Source: Bacilli bacterium (GTDB taxonomy: Bacteria; Bacillota_I; Bacilli_A; RF39; UBA660). Taken from it: a stretch of 64,000 bases of DNA. Positions 40,209 to 50,800 of this stretch are shown one piece after another. Made by a program: the position numbers and the translations under genes. The stretch spans positions 35,954 through 99,953 of the forward strand of contig JAZAUS010000005.1 of NCBI GenBank assembly GCA_036342255.1, read 5' to 3'. Below the pieces are notes generated by a model. The model saw nothing but the letters and a program-made list of their open reading frames with translations. It was not told the origin of the DNA and made no database searches. Numbering within the stretch: position 1 is the stretch's first letter; every line of letters starts with the position of its first letter.

Positions 40209-40805
40209 ATGACTACAAAAACACATATAACTACAGGAGTAGCTTTAACAATATTAATTACTCAGCCAGAAAATATCAAATATTTAACTTTATCACTAGC
40301 AGGCACTATAATAGGTAGTGTTATTCCTGATATAGACAGTAAAAATTCTGAAGCCAATCAAATATTCGATAAAGTATTAATAACTACTTCTCTAACAATA
40401 ATATTATGCTTTATCCTAGAATACTTTTTTAATATAGGTATCTATAGAATAATAACCAAAAAGAATAATATTGATAGTATTCTTTTCTCTGCCTTATTAT
40501 TTTTCATAATGTGCTTAATAGGAAGTAGAACCCATCACCGAGCCTTCACCCATTCTATAATTGGTCTATTAATCTATAGTAGTATATTATATACTTTACC
40601 AAACATATTTATCTACTCTTTCATCATTGGATATCTATCCCATATAATACTAGATCTATTCAATCATAAAGGTTTAAAACTATTTTACCCAATAAAGAAA
40701 AGATTATGTTTTAATTTATGTGATTCTGATGGAATAATAAATAATATATTATTCTATTTAAGTAGTATAGCTTCTCTTATAATTTTAATCATCTATTGTA
40801 CCTAA
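40209..40805 (+). CDS. YdjM-like membrane metal-dependent hydrolase
   Basis: KTH, GSVIPDID, HRAFTHS, GYLSHIILD, G.KLFYP. Confidence 0.88.
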   Translation: MTTKTHITTGVALTILITQPENIKYLTLSLAGTIIGSVIPDIDSKNSEANQIFDKVLITTSLTIILCFILEYFFNIGIYRIITKKNNIDSILFSALLFFIMCLIGSRTHHRAFTHSIIGLLIYSSILYTLPNIFIYSFIIGYLSHIILDLFNHKGLKLFYPIKKRLCFNLCDSDGIINNILFYLSSIASLIILIIYCT

Positions 40806-40875
40806 TAAGTACTTCTATACTAAGATATATTACACTAATTATTATAAATCACTAGTTAAATATATAAATTTAGAC

Positions 40876-40904
40876 TTGTATTTATATACAAAATTATGTA
40901 TAAT
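40876..40904 (+). promoter_or_regulatory. Sigma-A promoter
   Basis: TTGTAT, 17-nt spacer, TATAAT, then a GAGGTG RBS. Confidence 0.55.
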
Positions 40905-40922
40905 TGACATTGAGGTGAATCT

Positions 40923-41204
40923 ATGAGCAAGAAATATAAACAAAAATTCGAAAAAAAAGATATAGAAGAAGATAATAATTCAAATCTAAGTAAAAAAGAA
41001 TTATATGATTTAGAACAAAAACAAAAAAGAGAAAGAAAAGAAAAAGAGAAAAATAAGAAAAAGAAAAAAACAGATAAATCTAAAAAGAAAAAGAAAACAT
41101 ATAGTACCAATCTTGCTGGTAAAATATTCGCTATAGTTATGCTAATACTAATGGTTGGTTCAGTTATTGCAACTATATCATATTATTTCACAGGAGGAAG
41201 ATAA
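40923..41204 (+). CDS. Small Lys-rich protein with a C-terminal TM helix (DUF4044-like)
   Basis: RBS, promoter and terminator present; poly-Lys segment then KIFAIVMLILMVGSVIA. Confidence 0.7.
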   Translation: MSKKYKQKFEKKDIEEDNNSNLSKKELYDLEQKQKRERKEKEKNKKKKKTDKSKKKKKTYSTNLAGKIFAIVMLILMVGSVIATISYYFTGGR

Positions 41205-41232
41205 AAAAAAAGACATATAAATGTCTTTTTTT
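41203..41232. terminator. Bidirectional terminator
   Basis: aaaaaaaagacat-ataa-atgtctttttt between convergent genes. Confidence 0.75.
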
Positions 41233-41950
41233 ATAATAACATATATAAAATAACCAATGTAACAACAACAACTACAACACCAAGAAGAACATAAGATACA
41301 AACCCAGGCTCACGAACATCAGACTCAGGCAAAACCTCCTCTTCTTTAACAGAATCAAGCCCACTAGTATCATCTAATACCCTATTAGCAATCATCTGAG
41401 CCTCAGGATCAACAACAGGCACATTCTCAGGAACAACATCCCTCTGACTTTGAATATTAACAGTAGATTTTTCATAATCATTATATAATATAACCCTACC
41501 ATTATATTTATTAATAAACCAATTATTAAAATTTTCAAACAACTGATTATTATATAATTTTACCACTTTACTAATACTAAAACCTTCACTAGATAATACC
41601 TTATAGCTCTGATTAATTAAATAACTAATAACCTTATCCATATATACAAATATTTCTTCACTATTACTTAATCTAACTTGTTCTATTCCATTACCATCAA
41701 CTATAGGTGTCACTACTGCAACAGTATTATCTTTAAAACTATCATAAATATTTATTACTTCTTGACTAATCATAGCCATATTACTAATACTAGGATTAAT
41801 CTTATCCGGTTGCCCAAAAATATTAATAACAATCGTATAATCACTAACCTCTTTATTAACTGGTATACTAACATAAAAAGGTACTTTATCATCATTAATC
41901 AAATAAACACTTTTATTATCAACATTTGAAATTAATGTCTTATCCATCAC
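41231..41950 (-). CDS. Hypothetical protein with a C-terminal membrane anchor
   Basis: Long ORF with GAGGTAGGGG RBS; C-terminal hydrophobic helix. Confidence 0.7.
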   Translation of the reverse strand: MMDKTLISNVDNKSVYLINDDKVPFYVSIPVNKEVSDYTIVINIFGQPDKINPSISNMAMISQEVINIYDSFKDNTVAVVTPIVDGNGIEQVRLSNSEEIFVYMDKVISYLINQSYKVLSSEGFSISKVVKLYNNQLFENFNNWFINKYNGRVILYNDYEKSTVNIQSQRDVVPENVPVVDPEAQMIANRVLDDTSGLDSVKEEEVLPESDVREPGFVSYVLLGVVVVVVTLVILYMLL

Positions 41951-41990
41951 TATCCCCTACCTCTATTATATATGTTAGTATAATTATAAC

Positions 41991-42023
41991 AAAAAAAAGA
42001 TAACTTGTCATTATCTTTTTTTT
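41991..42023. terminator. Terminator after mscL
   Basis: aaaaaaaagataa-cttgtca-ttatctttttttt. Confidence 0.7.
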
Positions 42024-42483
42024 ATTTTTTATTACTATTTTTTAATAAATCTCTTATTTCCTTAAGTAATAGAACCTCTTCATCTACTTTTTCCTCTATT
42101 ACTTCTTCTTCTTTCTTATCCTTAGCAATCAATTTATTCATAAATTTAACAATTAAGAATACTACAAAAGCCATTATCAAGAAATTAATAACATCTGTTA
42201 GAAATGCTCCATATTTTAAATTTAAATTACCAATTTTTAAACTATATGCTGTAAAATCAGCTTCTGTAAAACATCCTAAAATTGGAGAAATTAAATTATT
42301 AGTTAGTGAAGATACTATACTTTGAAAAGCACCACCAATAATTACACCAACAGCTAAATCTAAAACATTACCATGTGATATAAATTCTTTGAATTCACCT
42401 ATAATACCAACTTTATTAATTTTCTCTTTACCAGTTTTAGCAGCATCCTTAACTTTGTTTCTTACTTCTTTTATATCTTTCAT
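42022..42483 (-). CDS. mscL: Large-conductance mechanosensitive channel
   Basis: EFKEFI..GNVLDLAVGVIIGGAF, YGAFL..VINFLI, LLKEIRDLL. Confidence 0.95.
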   Translation of the reverse strand: MKDIKEVRNKVKDAAKTGKEKINKVGIIGEFKEFISHGNVLDLAVGVIIGGAFQSIVSSLTNNLISPILGCFTEADFTAYSLKIGNLNLKYGAFLTDVINFLIMAFVVFLIVKFMNKLIAKDKKEEEVIEEKVDEEVLLLKEIRDLLKNSNKK

Positions 42484-42495
42484 CCTTTCACCTCC

Positions 42496-44472
42496 TTAAA
42501 CAATATTCTTTATCTTCATTACTAAACTTGGAATATCAAGTTCAAAATCTTTAAGAATATCATTAGAATTTCCAGACTTACCATAATCATTTACAGAAAT
42601 AAATTCATCACCTGGTTCTAATAATTTATACCAATTAGCATCATTAGAAAATTCAATAACAACTTTCCTATATCCACTAGGTAATACTTCATTAATATAT
42701 TCCTGATCTTGCTTTAAAAAATTAGTCAAACATGGAACCGTAACAACACGAGCCTCAACATAGTTTTTCAACAACTCTTCTTTTATATCCATTGCCAATT
42801 CAACTTCAGAACCACTAGCAATCAATATCACATCTAAACTTTTCTTTACCTCACTAATAATATAAGCTCCATATTCAATACCTTGAGAATTAGTAAACTC
42901 TTGAGTTGCCACATGTTCACGTGGAAGAATTAAACATGCAGGTCCATTATTTAACAATATTTCATTCCAACAACCTATTAATTCTTTATAATCAGCAGGC
43001 CTATAAACATTTAAATTAGGAATACTACGTAACATTGCCAATTGTTCTACAGGTTGATGTGTAGCCCCATCTTGCCCAACTAAAATACTATCATGAGTAA
43101 AAACATAAGTAACAGGCAAATTCATCATAGCACTTAACCTAATAGCAGGTTTTAAATAATCAGAAAACGCAAGAAAAGTACTACCAAAAACTTTCAAATT
43201 AGAAAGTGCTAACCCATTAAGAATAGCCCCCATAGCATGTTCCCTAATACCAAAAGCAATATTTCTACCAGTATAATTATCAATACTAAAATCATCTTTA
43301 CCCTTTAAATATGTCTTAGTACTATTACTTACATCAGCACTTCCACCTAAAAAATTAGGAATAAAAGCCGCTATAACATTCATTATTTGATAATTAATAT
43401 CTCTCATATTCTTATCAATAAATAACTTATCCGTATCAATTACTTTATCCAATTGAAGACTTACTGTCTCATTATTAATGATATAATTTAATCTATTTAA
43501 TTCTTTATCATCAATCTTTTTACAATATTCTTCATAATCTTCATACCAATCCTTATATAAACCATCAACTCTTTTCTTAATTTTTTGTCTATATAAAGCT
43601 AAATTTTTCTTATCAAAATGCCATTTATCACCACTATCACTTAATTCTTTTCGAATTTCAAGATAATCATCAAGTTCTAATTTACCATGTATTTTATTAG
43701 TACCTTCATACTCAGAATACATACCTATAATAGTATTAACAACTATTAAAGTAGGCCTACTAGCTTTTTGAGCCATTGTAATTGCCTTATTTATTTCTTT
43801 AATACTATCGCCTTTTTTTACATCAATTACTTCCCAACCCAAATTTTCATACATAGCTGCAACATTCTCACAATAATTATCTTCTACTTCACCATCTAAA
43901 GTAACACCATTAGCATCATATAATACAATTAAATTATCCAAATTAAATTTACTAGCTATACTAGCAGCCTCATAGCTAATACCCTCCATCAAATCTCCAT
44001 CAGAAACTAAAGTATAAACATAATAATCAAATAAACTAATTTTCTTATTACCAAAATTTGCATCTAAGTATTTACCAGCCATTGCCATACCAACAGCAGT
44101 TGCAAATCCTTGCCCCAAAGGCCCAGTTGTAGTTTCAATACGATAATCTAAATTATATTCAGGATGTCCTGGAGTATGTGAATAAATATTACGAAAATTC
44201 TTTAAATCATTTAGATTATAATCTTCTTCATTTATACAAAAAAGAGTAGCATATAACAAAGCTGATCCATGCCCTGCTGATAAAACAAATCTATCACGTG
44301 CACACCAATCTCTCTTTGCTAAATCAAAATTAAGATGATTAGTAAATAAAGTATATATTATAGGAGCAGCACCTAAAACAATTCCAGGATGCCCGCTACC
44401 AGCTTCATTTATCATATCTAAAGCTAAACATCTTATATCATCAACCATTTTCCTATCATCAAATTTCGCCAT
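42496..44472 (-). CDS. tkt: Transketolase (start moved from 44547 to MAKFD at 44472)
   Basis: SGHPG, RDRFVLSAGHGS, TTGPLGQG, DGDLMEG, FGIREHAM, THDS..VGQDGATHQP; TGTTATAAT element at 44497-44505 lies inside the ORF-track extension. Confidence 0.95.
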   Translation of the reverse strand: MAKFDDRKMVDDIRCLALDMINEAGSGHPGIVLGAAPIIYTLFTNHLNFDLAKRDWCARDRFVLSAGHGSALLYATLFCINEEDYNLNDLKNFRNIYSHTPGHPEYNLDYRIETTTGPLGQGFATAVGMAMAGKYLDANFGNKKISLFDYYVYTLVSDGDLMEGISYEAASIASKFNLDNLIVLYDANGVTLDGEVEDNYCENVAAMYENLGWEVIDVKKGDSIKEINKAITMAQKASRPTLIVVNTIIGMYSEYEGTNKIHGKLELDDYLEIRKELSDSGDKWHFDKKNLALYRQKIKKRVDGLYKDWYEDYEEYCKKIDDKELNRLNYIINNETVSLQLDKVIDTDKLFIDKNMRDINYQIMNVIAAFIPNFLGGSADVSNSTKTYLKGKDDFSIDNYTGRNIAFGIREHAMGAILNGLALSNLKVFGSTFLAFSDYLKPAIRLSAMMNLPVTYVFTHDSILVGQDGATHQPVEQLAMLRSIPNLNVYRPADYKELIGCWNEILLNNGPACLILPREHVATQEFTNSQGIEYGAYIISEVKKSLDVILIASGSEVELAMDIKEELLKNYVEARVVTVPCLTNFLKQDQEYINEVLPSGYRKVVIEFSNDANWYKLLEPGDEFISVNDYGKSGNSNDILKDFELDIPSLVMKIKNIV

Positions 44473-44543
44473 TCTATCCCTACTTCCACTGCCTAAATTA
44501 TAACATAAAAAAAAATAAATATAAACATATTTATATTTATTTT

Positions 44544-45104
44544 TCATTTTTGTAAATATTTTTTTATACTTTCACCAAATATTTCATCTTTTAACTTATA
44601 AAAACTTCTCATATAAAGAGTTACATTTTCACAAAAATCATCTTCATCATCCAATTTAATATTATAAGAAACTTCTTTTTTACAAGTTAATTCATCTGTT
44701 ACTTCATCATAAGATCCCTTAATAATAAAACTAGTCTCTTCATAATTAATTCTATATATATAGTCACTCTTATTAGTAGAAAAACTATAATTAATATCTA
44801 AAGATGACTCATACTTATCATCATATTCATATATAACTTCACTAAGTCTATTATTATATTGATTAAAATACAAATAATCATAATTACTCTTTATATTATT
44901 ATCACGATCTCTTTCATAATCAGAAATAGAATTATTAGATATTTTCTTATAATAAGAAGTTCCATCATCTTCTAAAACAAATCCTCTACTTAATATATAA
45001 TTCCTAATTTTAACCTTTGAAGAATTAGTATACATATTTATACCAATTACAATCGCAACTAAAATTGCTAAAAATATAAATAACTTCTTTTCCTTACCTT
45101 CCAT
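44544..45104 (-). CDS. Membrane-anchored hypothetical protein (B'), paralog of 46139..46720
   Basis: N-terminal TM; shared GF.L.DG..Y.K, LYF, Y.Y, I.YE...F..G.Y and C..C..FY patterns. Confidence 0.75.
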   Translation of the reverse strand: MEGKEKKLFIFLAILVAIVIGINMYTNSSKVKIRNYILSRGFVLEDDGTSYYKKISNNSISDYERDRDNNIKSNYDYLYFNQYNNRLSEVIYEYDDKYESSLDINYSFSTNKSDYIYRINYEETSFIIKGSYDEVTDELTCKKEVSYNIKLDDEDDFCENVTLYMRSFYKLKDEIFGESIKKYLQK

Positions 45105-45117
45105 TATTTCCTCCTTA

Positions 45118-46113
45118 TTAATTCAAACTATCTATCTTATTTTTAGCAGCCTTCGTATATCCAAAAGGATCTGAACCCGAAGTTGGAAAAACATAAAAAG
45201 TATAAGTAGCCCCCATCTTATTATATATTACTGTATTATTAGGAATATAATGACTTCTCCATCTCTTACTAACATATCCATCATAAGTTTTACCACTCGT
45301 TACTATCTTGCTTATATCACCAAAATAATCATGTTCATCAATATATAAAGGTAATGTTCTATTACCATTTACTAATACATCTTTTACAGATGACATTACA
45401 GCATCCGGAACAAATCCTGGACTATCTATCCTACTCTTAGAATGTGCAAACCATCCAGAATCCCTTACATAACTTTTCAAAGAACTATATTTCTTACCAT
45501 GCAATTCATATCTATTAGCCATAAGAGTAGCCTCAGCCGCCGCCCCAACAGCACTTCCTTGCTCTTTATAAGCAACAAAAGCAAGAGACTTCAAATCACT
45601 AGAAGACAAATTATATTTTTGTCCAACAACAACAGTATTACTACCAGTATTATTAGATCCACTAGAATTAGCTGATACAATTGTTCTCAAAGTAGTTGTT
45701 TTTGCTTTTACATGATATTGCTTAGCAATTTCTTCTCTCAATCTATCAACTTCTTCGTTCATTTTCTTCTCATTATCTTCCATGACCTTTTTTACTTCAT
45801 CAACTGATAATTCACCAGCATAATTCCAACAGCTTTTACCATTATTATCAGTAATTTCTAAAATATTAAATAATGAAAACACACTTGAAGGAATTAAAAA
45901 TATAACCATTGCATAAATAAGCCTTCTAACTACATACTGTATAACTTTAGGATGCTCCTCAAAACTAATAGTCCCTTTAAAAATATCTATCGATATCATT
46001 AATATCAACCCGATAGGAATAATTATAGAAACATACTTTAATAATTCTCTAAGAAAGAAAAATATTCCTAAAGTTGTTAAACAAGCTTGATCAACAGCAG
46101 CAAAATAAAACAT
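45118..46113 (-). CDS. Two-TM pilin-like N-terminus fused to a putative SleB/Hydrolase_2-like cell wall hydrolase domain (A')
   Basis: N-terminus paralogous to 46733..47203; C-terminal LS..DL..LA.VAY.EQG...AAAEA.LMANR resembles the SleB catalytic-Glu helix. Confidence 0.55.
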   Translation of the reverse strand: MFYFAAVDQACLTTLGIFFFLRELLKYVSIIIPIGLILMISIDIFKGTISFEEHPKVIQYVVRRLIYAMVIFLIPSSVFSLFNILEITDNNGKSCWNYAGELSVDEVKKVMEDNEKKMNEEVDRLREEIAKQYHVKAKTTTLRTIVSANSSGSNNTGSNTVVVGQKYNLSSSDLKSLAFVAYKEQGSAVGAAAEATLMANRYELHGKKYSSLKSYVRDSGWFAHSKSRIDSPGFVPDAVMSSVKDVLVNGNRTLPLYIDEHDYFGDISKIVTSGKTYDGYVSKRWRSHYIPNNTVIYNKMGATYTFYVFPTSGSDPFGYTKAAKNKIDSLN

Positions 46114-46138
46114 ATCTTCACCTACTTTTAACTATAAA

Positions 46139-46720
46139 TTAATTATTTTTAATTTTTTCTCTAATATCTGTATTTTCAAATAATTCACCAACTTCAGTAT
46201 AGAACTTATTCACACCAATTTCTATAGTACTACAAATATACTCCACTTCACTATCATCAATAGAAGGACCTACACTCTTAACAAGATTACAATCAAAATC
46301 ATCTTCTTTCTCATATTTACCTTCAAACACATAATTATTACTCTCATAACTTATATCATTAGTATAAGATAATACATCTTTTTTATAATCATAAGTTGAA
46401 GTAAGCTTTGTAGTCATTCCCTTATAATAATCATAGCTAATATGTTTTAATTCATATTTATTTATATCAAAATATAACATCTCATTATATGCATCTTTAC
46501 CTTCAGCAACTTTATTAAAATAAACATCTCTAGATAATTTAGACTTCTGCTTAACATATATACCATCTTTTAAAGTAAAACCGGTATTCTTTAAAACAAC
46601 TTCTATCTCATTTGGTTTATTACTCTTATTAATTAAATGTATAAATAATAGAACTATAACAATTAAAACTAAAACACCTATACCAATTATATATTTCTTA
46701 TTCAATCCTTCATCTTCCAT
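46139..46720 (-). CDS. Membrane-anchored hypothetical protein (B), paralog of 44544..45104
   Basis: N-terminal TM; motif-level similarity to 44544..45104. Confidence 0.75.
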   Translation of the reverse strand: MEDEGLNKKYIIGIGVLVLIVIVLLFIHLINKSNKPNEIEVVLKNTGFTLKDGIYVKQKSKLSRDVYFNKVAEGKDAYNEMLYFDINKYELKHISYDYYKGMTTKLTSTYDYKKDVLSYTNDISYESNNYVFEGKYEKEDDFDCNLVKSVGPSIDDSEVEYICSTIEIGVNKFYTEVGELFENTDIREKIKNN

Positions 46721-46732
46721 TTTTATTCTCCT

Positions 46733-47203
46733 TTATTTCGATACTATTGTCCTTATTTGATTTTTACTATTACTATTAACACCAGAATTATTTGCTATTT
46801 CATTTATTAGCTTTTGTGTTTTTTCCCTTTCGTTATTTGCCTTACTATCAGCTTCTCTTTTTACATCTTCAACAGTTTTATTATCTAAATAACTCCAACA
46901 AGATTCGCTCTTATTAGCTTGTTCTGAAAGTCCAATTACCCTTAATACACCATAAGTAGTAATTGGTATTAAAAATATTACAACTGTATATATAATTCTT
47001 CTAATAACAATAGTAGGAATTTTTTTTACATCTGCATCTTTACCATCATTATAATTTCCTATAGTTCCACGAAAAAAATCAATAGTCAACATCAACAATA
47101 ATCCAAAAGGAACCAATAGCAAAGCTGCTTTAATCACTTCTCTAACAAAGAATATTAATCCCAATACACCAAGGCAAGCATCACTCACTCCAAAACTAAC
47201 CAT
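46733..47203 (-). CDS. Two-TM pilin-like membrane protein (A), short paralog of 45118..46113
   Basis: ACL..LG..FF.RE..K, P.GL.LM..ID.F.GTI, RR.IY..VIFLIP, SCW.Y and RTIVS all shared. Confidence 0.75.
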   Translation of the reverse strand: MVSFGVSDACLGVLGLIFFVREVIKAALLLVPFGLLLMLTIDFFRGTIGNYNDGKDADVKKIPTIVIRRIIYTVVIFLIPITTYGVLRVIGLSEQANKSESCWSYLDNKTVEDVKREADSKANNEREKTQKLINEIANNSGVNSNSKNQIRTIVSK

Positions 47204-47299
47204 ATTATTATCTCCTTCTACAAAATACTAAATTAATTATACCATCAGTAAAAAAGTAATGCAAGTTAATAAATTAATATATTACCTATTAAAAAGCTA

Positions 47300-48034
47300 T
47301 TAACCTTTTCTACGGTTAATAGCTTTATATTTTTTTATAAACTTATTATATAACTCTTGACATTTTTCTTTATCCATCTCAGGCATCTTCTTAAAAGGAT
47401 TTCTAATACCTAATTTTAAATATTTCTCACTACCCAACTTATGATAAGGTAAAAAATCAACTCTTTCAACATTTTTAATATCTTTTAAAGTATCTACCAA
47501 ACTATCAATATACTTATCATTATCCATCAATCCAGGAACAATAACTTGCCTTATCCATACTTTAGTCTTACTTTTATTAAGAGCTTTAATAAAGCTCAAA
47601 CTATCATCTATTGAATGTCCAGTTAATTTCTTATATTCTTCTCCATCTGTATGCTTAATATCCAACAAAACTAAATCTACATACTTAAACAACTCTTTAT
47701 AATTACCTAATCCAACACCTGCTGTATCTATAGCAATATGAATCTTCTCTTTTTTAAGTATTTTAGCCACTTCAATAATAAAATCACTTTGTAATAAAGG
47801 TTCACCACCCGAAAAAGTAACTCCACCACCATTACTATTAAAATAAGTTTTATTTCTTATAATTTTATTAACTAACTCCAATGGAGTATAATTATACTCT
47901 TTAATATTCCACATTTCAGGATTATGACAATACTTACATCTTAATTTACATCCATTTAAGAAAACAACAGTTCTAATACCTGGACCATCAACCAATCCAA
48001 AAGTTTCAATAGAATCAACAGAACCTTTAATCAT
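47300..48034 (-). CDS. pflA: Pyruvate formate-lyase activating enzyme
   Basis: ETFGLVDGPGIR, GCKLRCKYCHNPE, GGVTFSGGEPLLQ, LPYH. Confidence 0.96.
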   Translation of the reverse strand: MIKGSVDSIETFGLVDGPGIRTVVFLNGCKLRCKYCHNPEMWNIKEYNYTPLELVNKIIRNKTYFNSNGGGVTFSGGEPLLQSDFIIEVAKILKKEKIHIAIDTAGVGLGNYKELFKYVDLVLLDIKHTDGEEYKKLTGHSIDDSLSFIKALNKSKTKVWIRQVIVPGLMDNDKYIDSLVDTLKDIKNVERVDFLPYHKLGSEKYLKLGIRNPFKKMPEMDKEKCQELYNKFIKKYKAINRRKG

Positions 48035-50262
48035 TACATCTTCTCATGAAAAGTTCTAGAAATAACCTCTTCTTGTTGTTTTCTTGTAAGTCTATTAAAA
48101 CGTACAGCATATCCAGATACTCTAATAGTTAAAAGTGGATATTTCTCTGGATTTTCCATTGCATCAATTAATGTTTCACGACGTAAAACATTAACATTAA
48201 GATGATGCGCACCATTTAGAAAATAACCATCCATAAGACCAACTAAATTATTAATTTGATTATCTAAATCCATTCCCAATGCTGTAGGTACAATAGAAAA
48301 TGTATTAGATATTCCATCTTTACAACAATTAGCATACTCTAATTTAGCTACAGAATTTAAACTAGCTATAGCACCATTTTCATCTCTTCCATGCATAGGA
48401 TTAGCTCCAGGAGCAAAAGGAACCCCAGCTTTTCTACCATCAGGTGTAGAACCAGTTTTCGATCCATATACAACATTAGAAGTAATTGTTAAAACAGACA
48501 TTGTAGGTTCAGCATCACGATAACACTTATGTTTCTTTAATTCACCAAATATCTTTCTTAAAACTTCTTTAGCAATTTTATCTACTCTATCATCATCATT
48601 ACCATATTTAGGATAGTCTCCCACAACCTCAAAATCTACAGCAATACCATCTTTATTTCTAATAGGTTTAACTTTAGCATATTTAATTGCAGATAATGAA
48701 TCAGCTACAACAGATAATCCAGCAACACCATATGCCATATATCTATGTACATCAGTATCATGAAGAGCCATCTGTCCTGCCTCATATGCATATTTATCAT
48801 GCATATAATGAATTATATTCATAGCATTACTATATATATCAGCAACATCTTCAAGTACTTTAAAATAAGCTTTCTTAACTTTCTTATAATCTAATACTTT
48901 ATCTCTCATTTTAGGAATATTATTCAAAACCTTAACATTTTTAACTTCATCTATTCCACCATTAATTGAATATAATAATGATTTAGCCAAATTACATCTA
49001 GCACCAAAGAATTGCATATCTTTGCCCTCTCTCATAGCAGATACACAACATGCTATAGTATAATCATCACCATAAATAGGTCTCATTAAATCATCTGATT
49101 CATATTGAATAGAATCAGTATCAATACTCATTCTAGCACAATACTTCTTCCAAGTATCTGGTAATTTATTACTCCATAACACTGTCATATTAGGTTCAGG
49201 AGCAGGATCCAAATTAGTTAAAGTATTCAAAATACGATAAGAAGTTTTAGTTACCATACTTTTACCCTTTTTATTTAAACCTCCAATTGAGCAAGTAACC
49301 CATGTTGGATCTCCAGAAAACAATTCATCATAATCAGGAGTTCTTAAATGTCTCATCAATCTTAACTTAATAATAAATTGGTCTATTAATTCTTGAGCCC
49401 TTTTTTCAGTTAAAGCTTTCTTTTTTAAGTCTCTTTCTACATATATATCAATAAATGCATCAACACGTCCTAAACTCATAGCAGCACCATTGTTCTCTTT
49501 AACAGCAGCCAAATATCCAAAATAAAGCCATTGAACAGCCTCTCTAGCATTTTTAGCAGGTCTACCAATATTAAACCCATATCTAGAAGCCATTTTCTTT
49601 ATTTTTTCCAAAGCTTGAATCTGCATTGATACTTCTTCTCTTATTCTAATTAAATCCTCAGTCATTCGACCTAATAAACTATTCCAATCTTTTTTCTTTT
49701 CCTCAATCAAAAAATCTATACCATATAATGCTACACGACGATAATCACCAATAATTCTTCCTCTACCATATGCATCAGGTAATCCAGTCAAAAGCCCAAC
49801 ATGCCTAGCAACCTTTATACTGTCATCATAAACATCAAATACACCCTGATTATGACTCTTCCTAAATTCATTAAAATATTTATCTACAGTTGGACTTAAC
49901 TTATATCCATAAGCCTCTAATTCTTGATATACCATACGTATACCTCCATATGGATTTACCATTCTCTTTAAAGGCTTATCAGTTTGTAATCCAACTATAA
50001 CCTCATTATTCTTATCAATATAACCAGGTTTAAAACTATCAATACCAGACATATGAGTAACATCAATATCTAAAACATGTTTCTTTAATTCCTCTTTTAG
50101 TAATCTCGAACACTTCTTCCAAACCTTATTAGTTTTAACTGTCGTTTTCTGTAAAAAAGATTCATCACCATCATATTTTTTATAATTTAACTGAATAAAA
50201 TTACTAACATCAACCTTATTACACCAAGCTCCAGTCTTAAATTCTTTCCATTCTTTCCTCAC
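48034..50262 (-). CDS. pflB: Formate C-acetyltransferase (pyruvate formate-lyase)
   Basis: [23 protein letters not shown] active-site Cys pair, TIRVSGYAV glycyl-radical motif. Confidence 0.97.
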   Translation of the reverse strand: MRKEWKEFKTGAWCNKVDVSNFIQLNYKKYDGDESFLQKTTVKTNKVWKKCSRLLKEELKKHVLDIDVTHMSGIDSFKPGYIDKNNEVIVGLQTDKPLKRMVNPYGGIRMVYQELEAYGYKLSPTVDKYFNEFRKSHNQGVFDVYDDSIKVARHVGLLTGLPDAYGRGRIIGDYRRVALYGIDFLIEEKKKDWNSLLGRMTEDLIRIREEVSMQIQALEKIKKMASRYGFNIGRPAKNAREAVQWLYFGYLAAVKENNGAAMSLGRVDAFIDIYVERDLKKKALTEKRAQELIDQFIIKLRLMRHLRTPDYDELFSGDPTWVTCSIGGLNKKGKSMVTKTSYRILNTLTNLDPAPEPNMTVLWSNKLPDTWKKYCARMSIDTDSIQYESDDLMRPIYGDDYTIACCVSAMREGKDMQFFGARCNLAKSLLYSINGGIDEVKNVKVLNNIPKMRDKVLDYKKVKKAYFKVLEDVADIYSNAMNIIHYMHDKYAYEAGQMALHDTDVHRYMAYGVAGLSVVADSLSAIKYAKVKPIRNKDGIAVDFEVVGDYPKYGNDDDRVDKIAKEVLRKIFGELKKHKCYRDAEPTMSVLTITSNVVYGSKTGSTPDGRKAGVPFAPGANPMHGRDENGAIASLNSVAKLEYANCCKDGISNTFSIVPTALGMDLDNQINNLVGLMDGYFLNGAHHLNVNVLRRETLIDAMENPEKYPLLTIRVSGYAVRFNRLTRKQQEEVISRTFHEKM

Positions 50263-50316
50263 TTACTACCAACTCCTACTATTATAGTTTAACACATTTT
50301 TTATATTTTATAAATA

Positions 50317-50676
50317 TTAATTACCAAAATATTCATTACAAATATTAATAACTCTATTAGCCTCATTAATTAAATCATCATAATTATCATTAACATAAGC
50401 CATATCACCATCTTGACTTTTTAATTGATGTTCAAGAGCTAACTCAGCCAATTTAGTAAATCCCAAATATTTAGAATCTCCCTTCATAGCATGAACCTCA
50501 ACAGCATATTCTTCTAAATTCCCCTCATTTTTATACTTCTCTATATTCTTTAATCTTTCACCAGATAAATCAAGAAAATCCTTTAATGTCTCATTATACA
50601 TATCAATATCACCCAATATCTCAATAGCTCCATCAACATCAATATCATTACTCTTTAAAAATTCTATATCTTTCAT
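50317..50676 (-). CDS. Stand-alone Hpt (histidine phosphotransfer) domain protein
   Basis: IDVDGA..LG...Y...L..F; YAVEVHAMKGDSKYLGF..LAELA. Confidence 0.8.
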   Translation of the reverse strand: MKDIEFLKSNDIDVDGAIEILGDIDMYNETLKDFLDLSGERLKNIEKYKNEGNLEEYAVEVHAMKGDSKYLGFTKLAELALEHQLKSQDGDMAYVNDNYDDLINEANRVINICNEYFGN

Positions 50677-50766
50677 ATTTCCTCCCTTACCTTATAAAAT
50701 ATATTATACCCCATATTAATAATTTTTTTAATAATTTTACACAAATTTTACAAAAAAATATAATCT

Positions 50767-50800
50767 AATAAAAATCAGACTTAAAAGTCTGATTTTATTA
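50767..50800. terminator. Intrinsic terminator
   Basis: aaaatcagactt-aa-aagtctgatttt. Confidence 0.7.

Noticed and set aside
40856-42325. ORFs 40856..41110 (-), 41678..41929 (+) and 42005..42325 (+)
   Set aside because: They lie antisense to genes that have an RBS, promoter or terminator, or clear homology (mscL).
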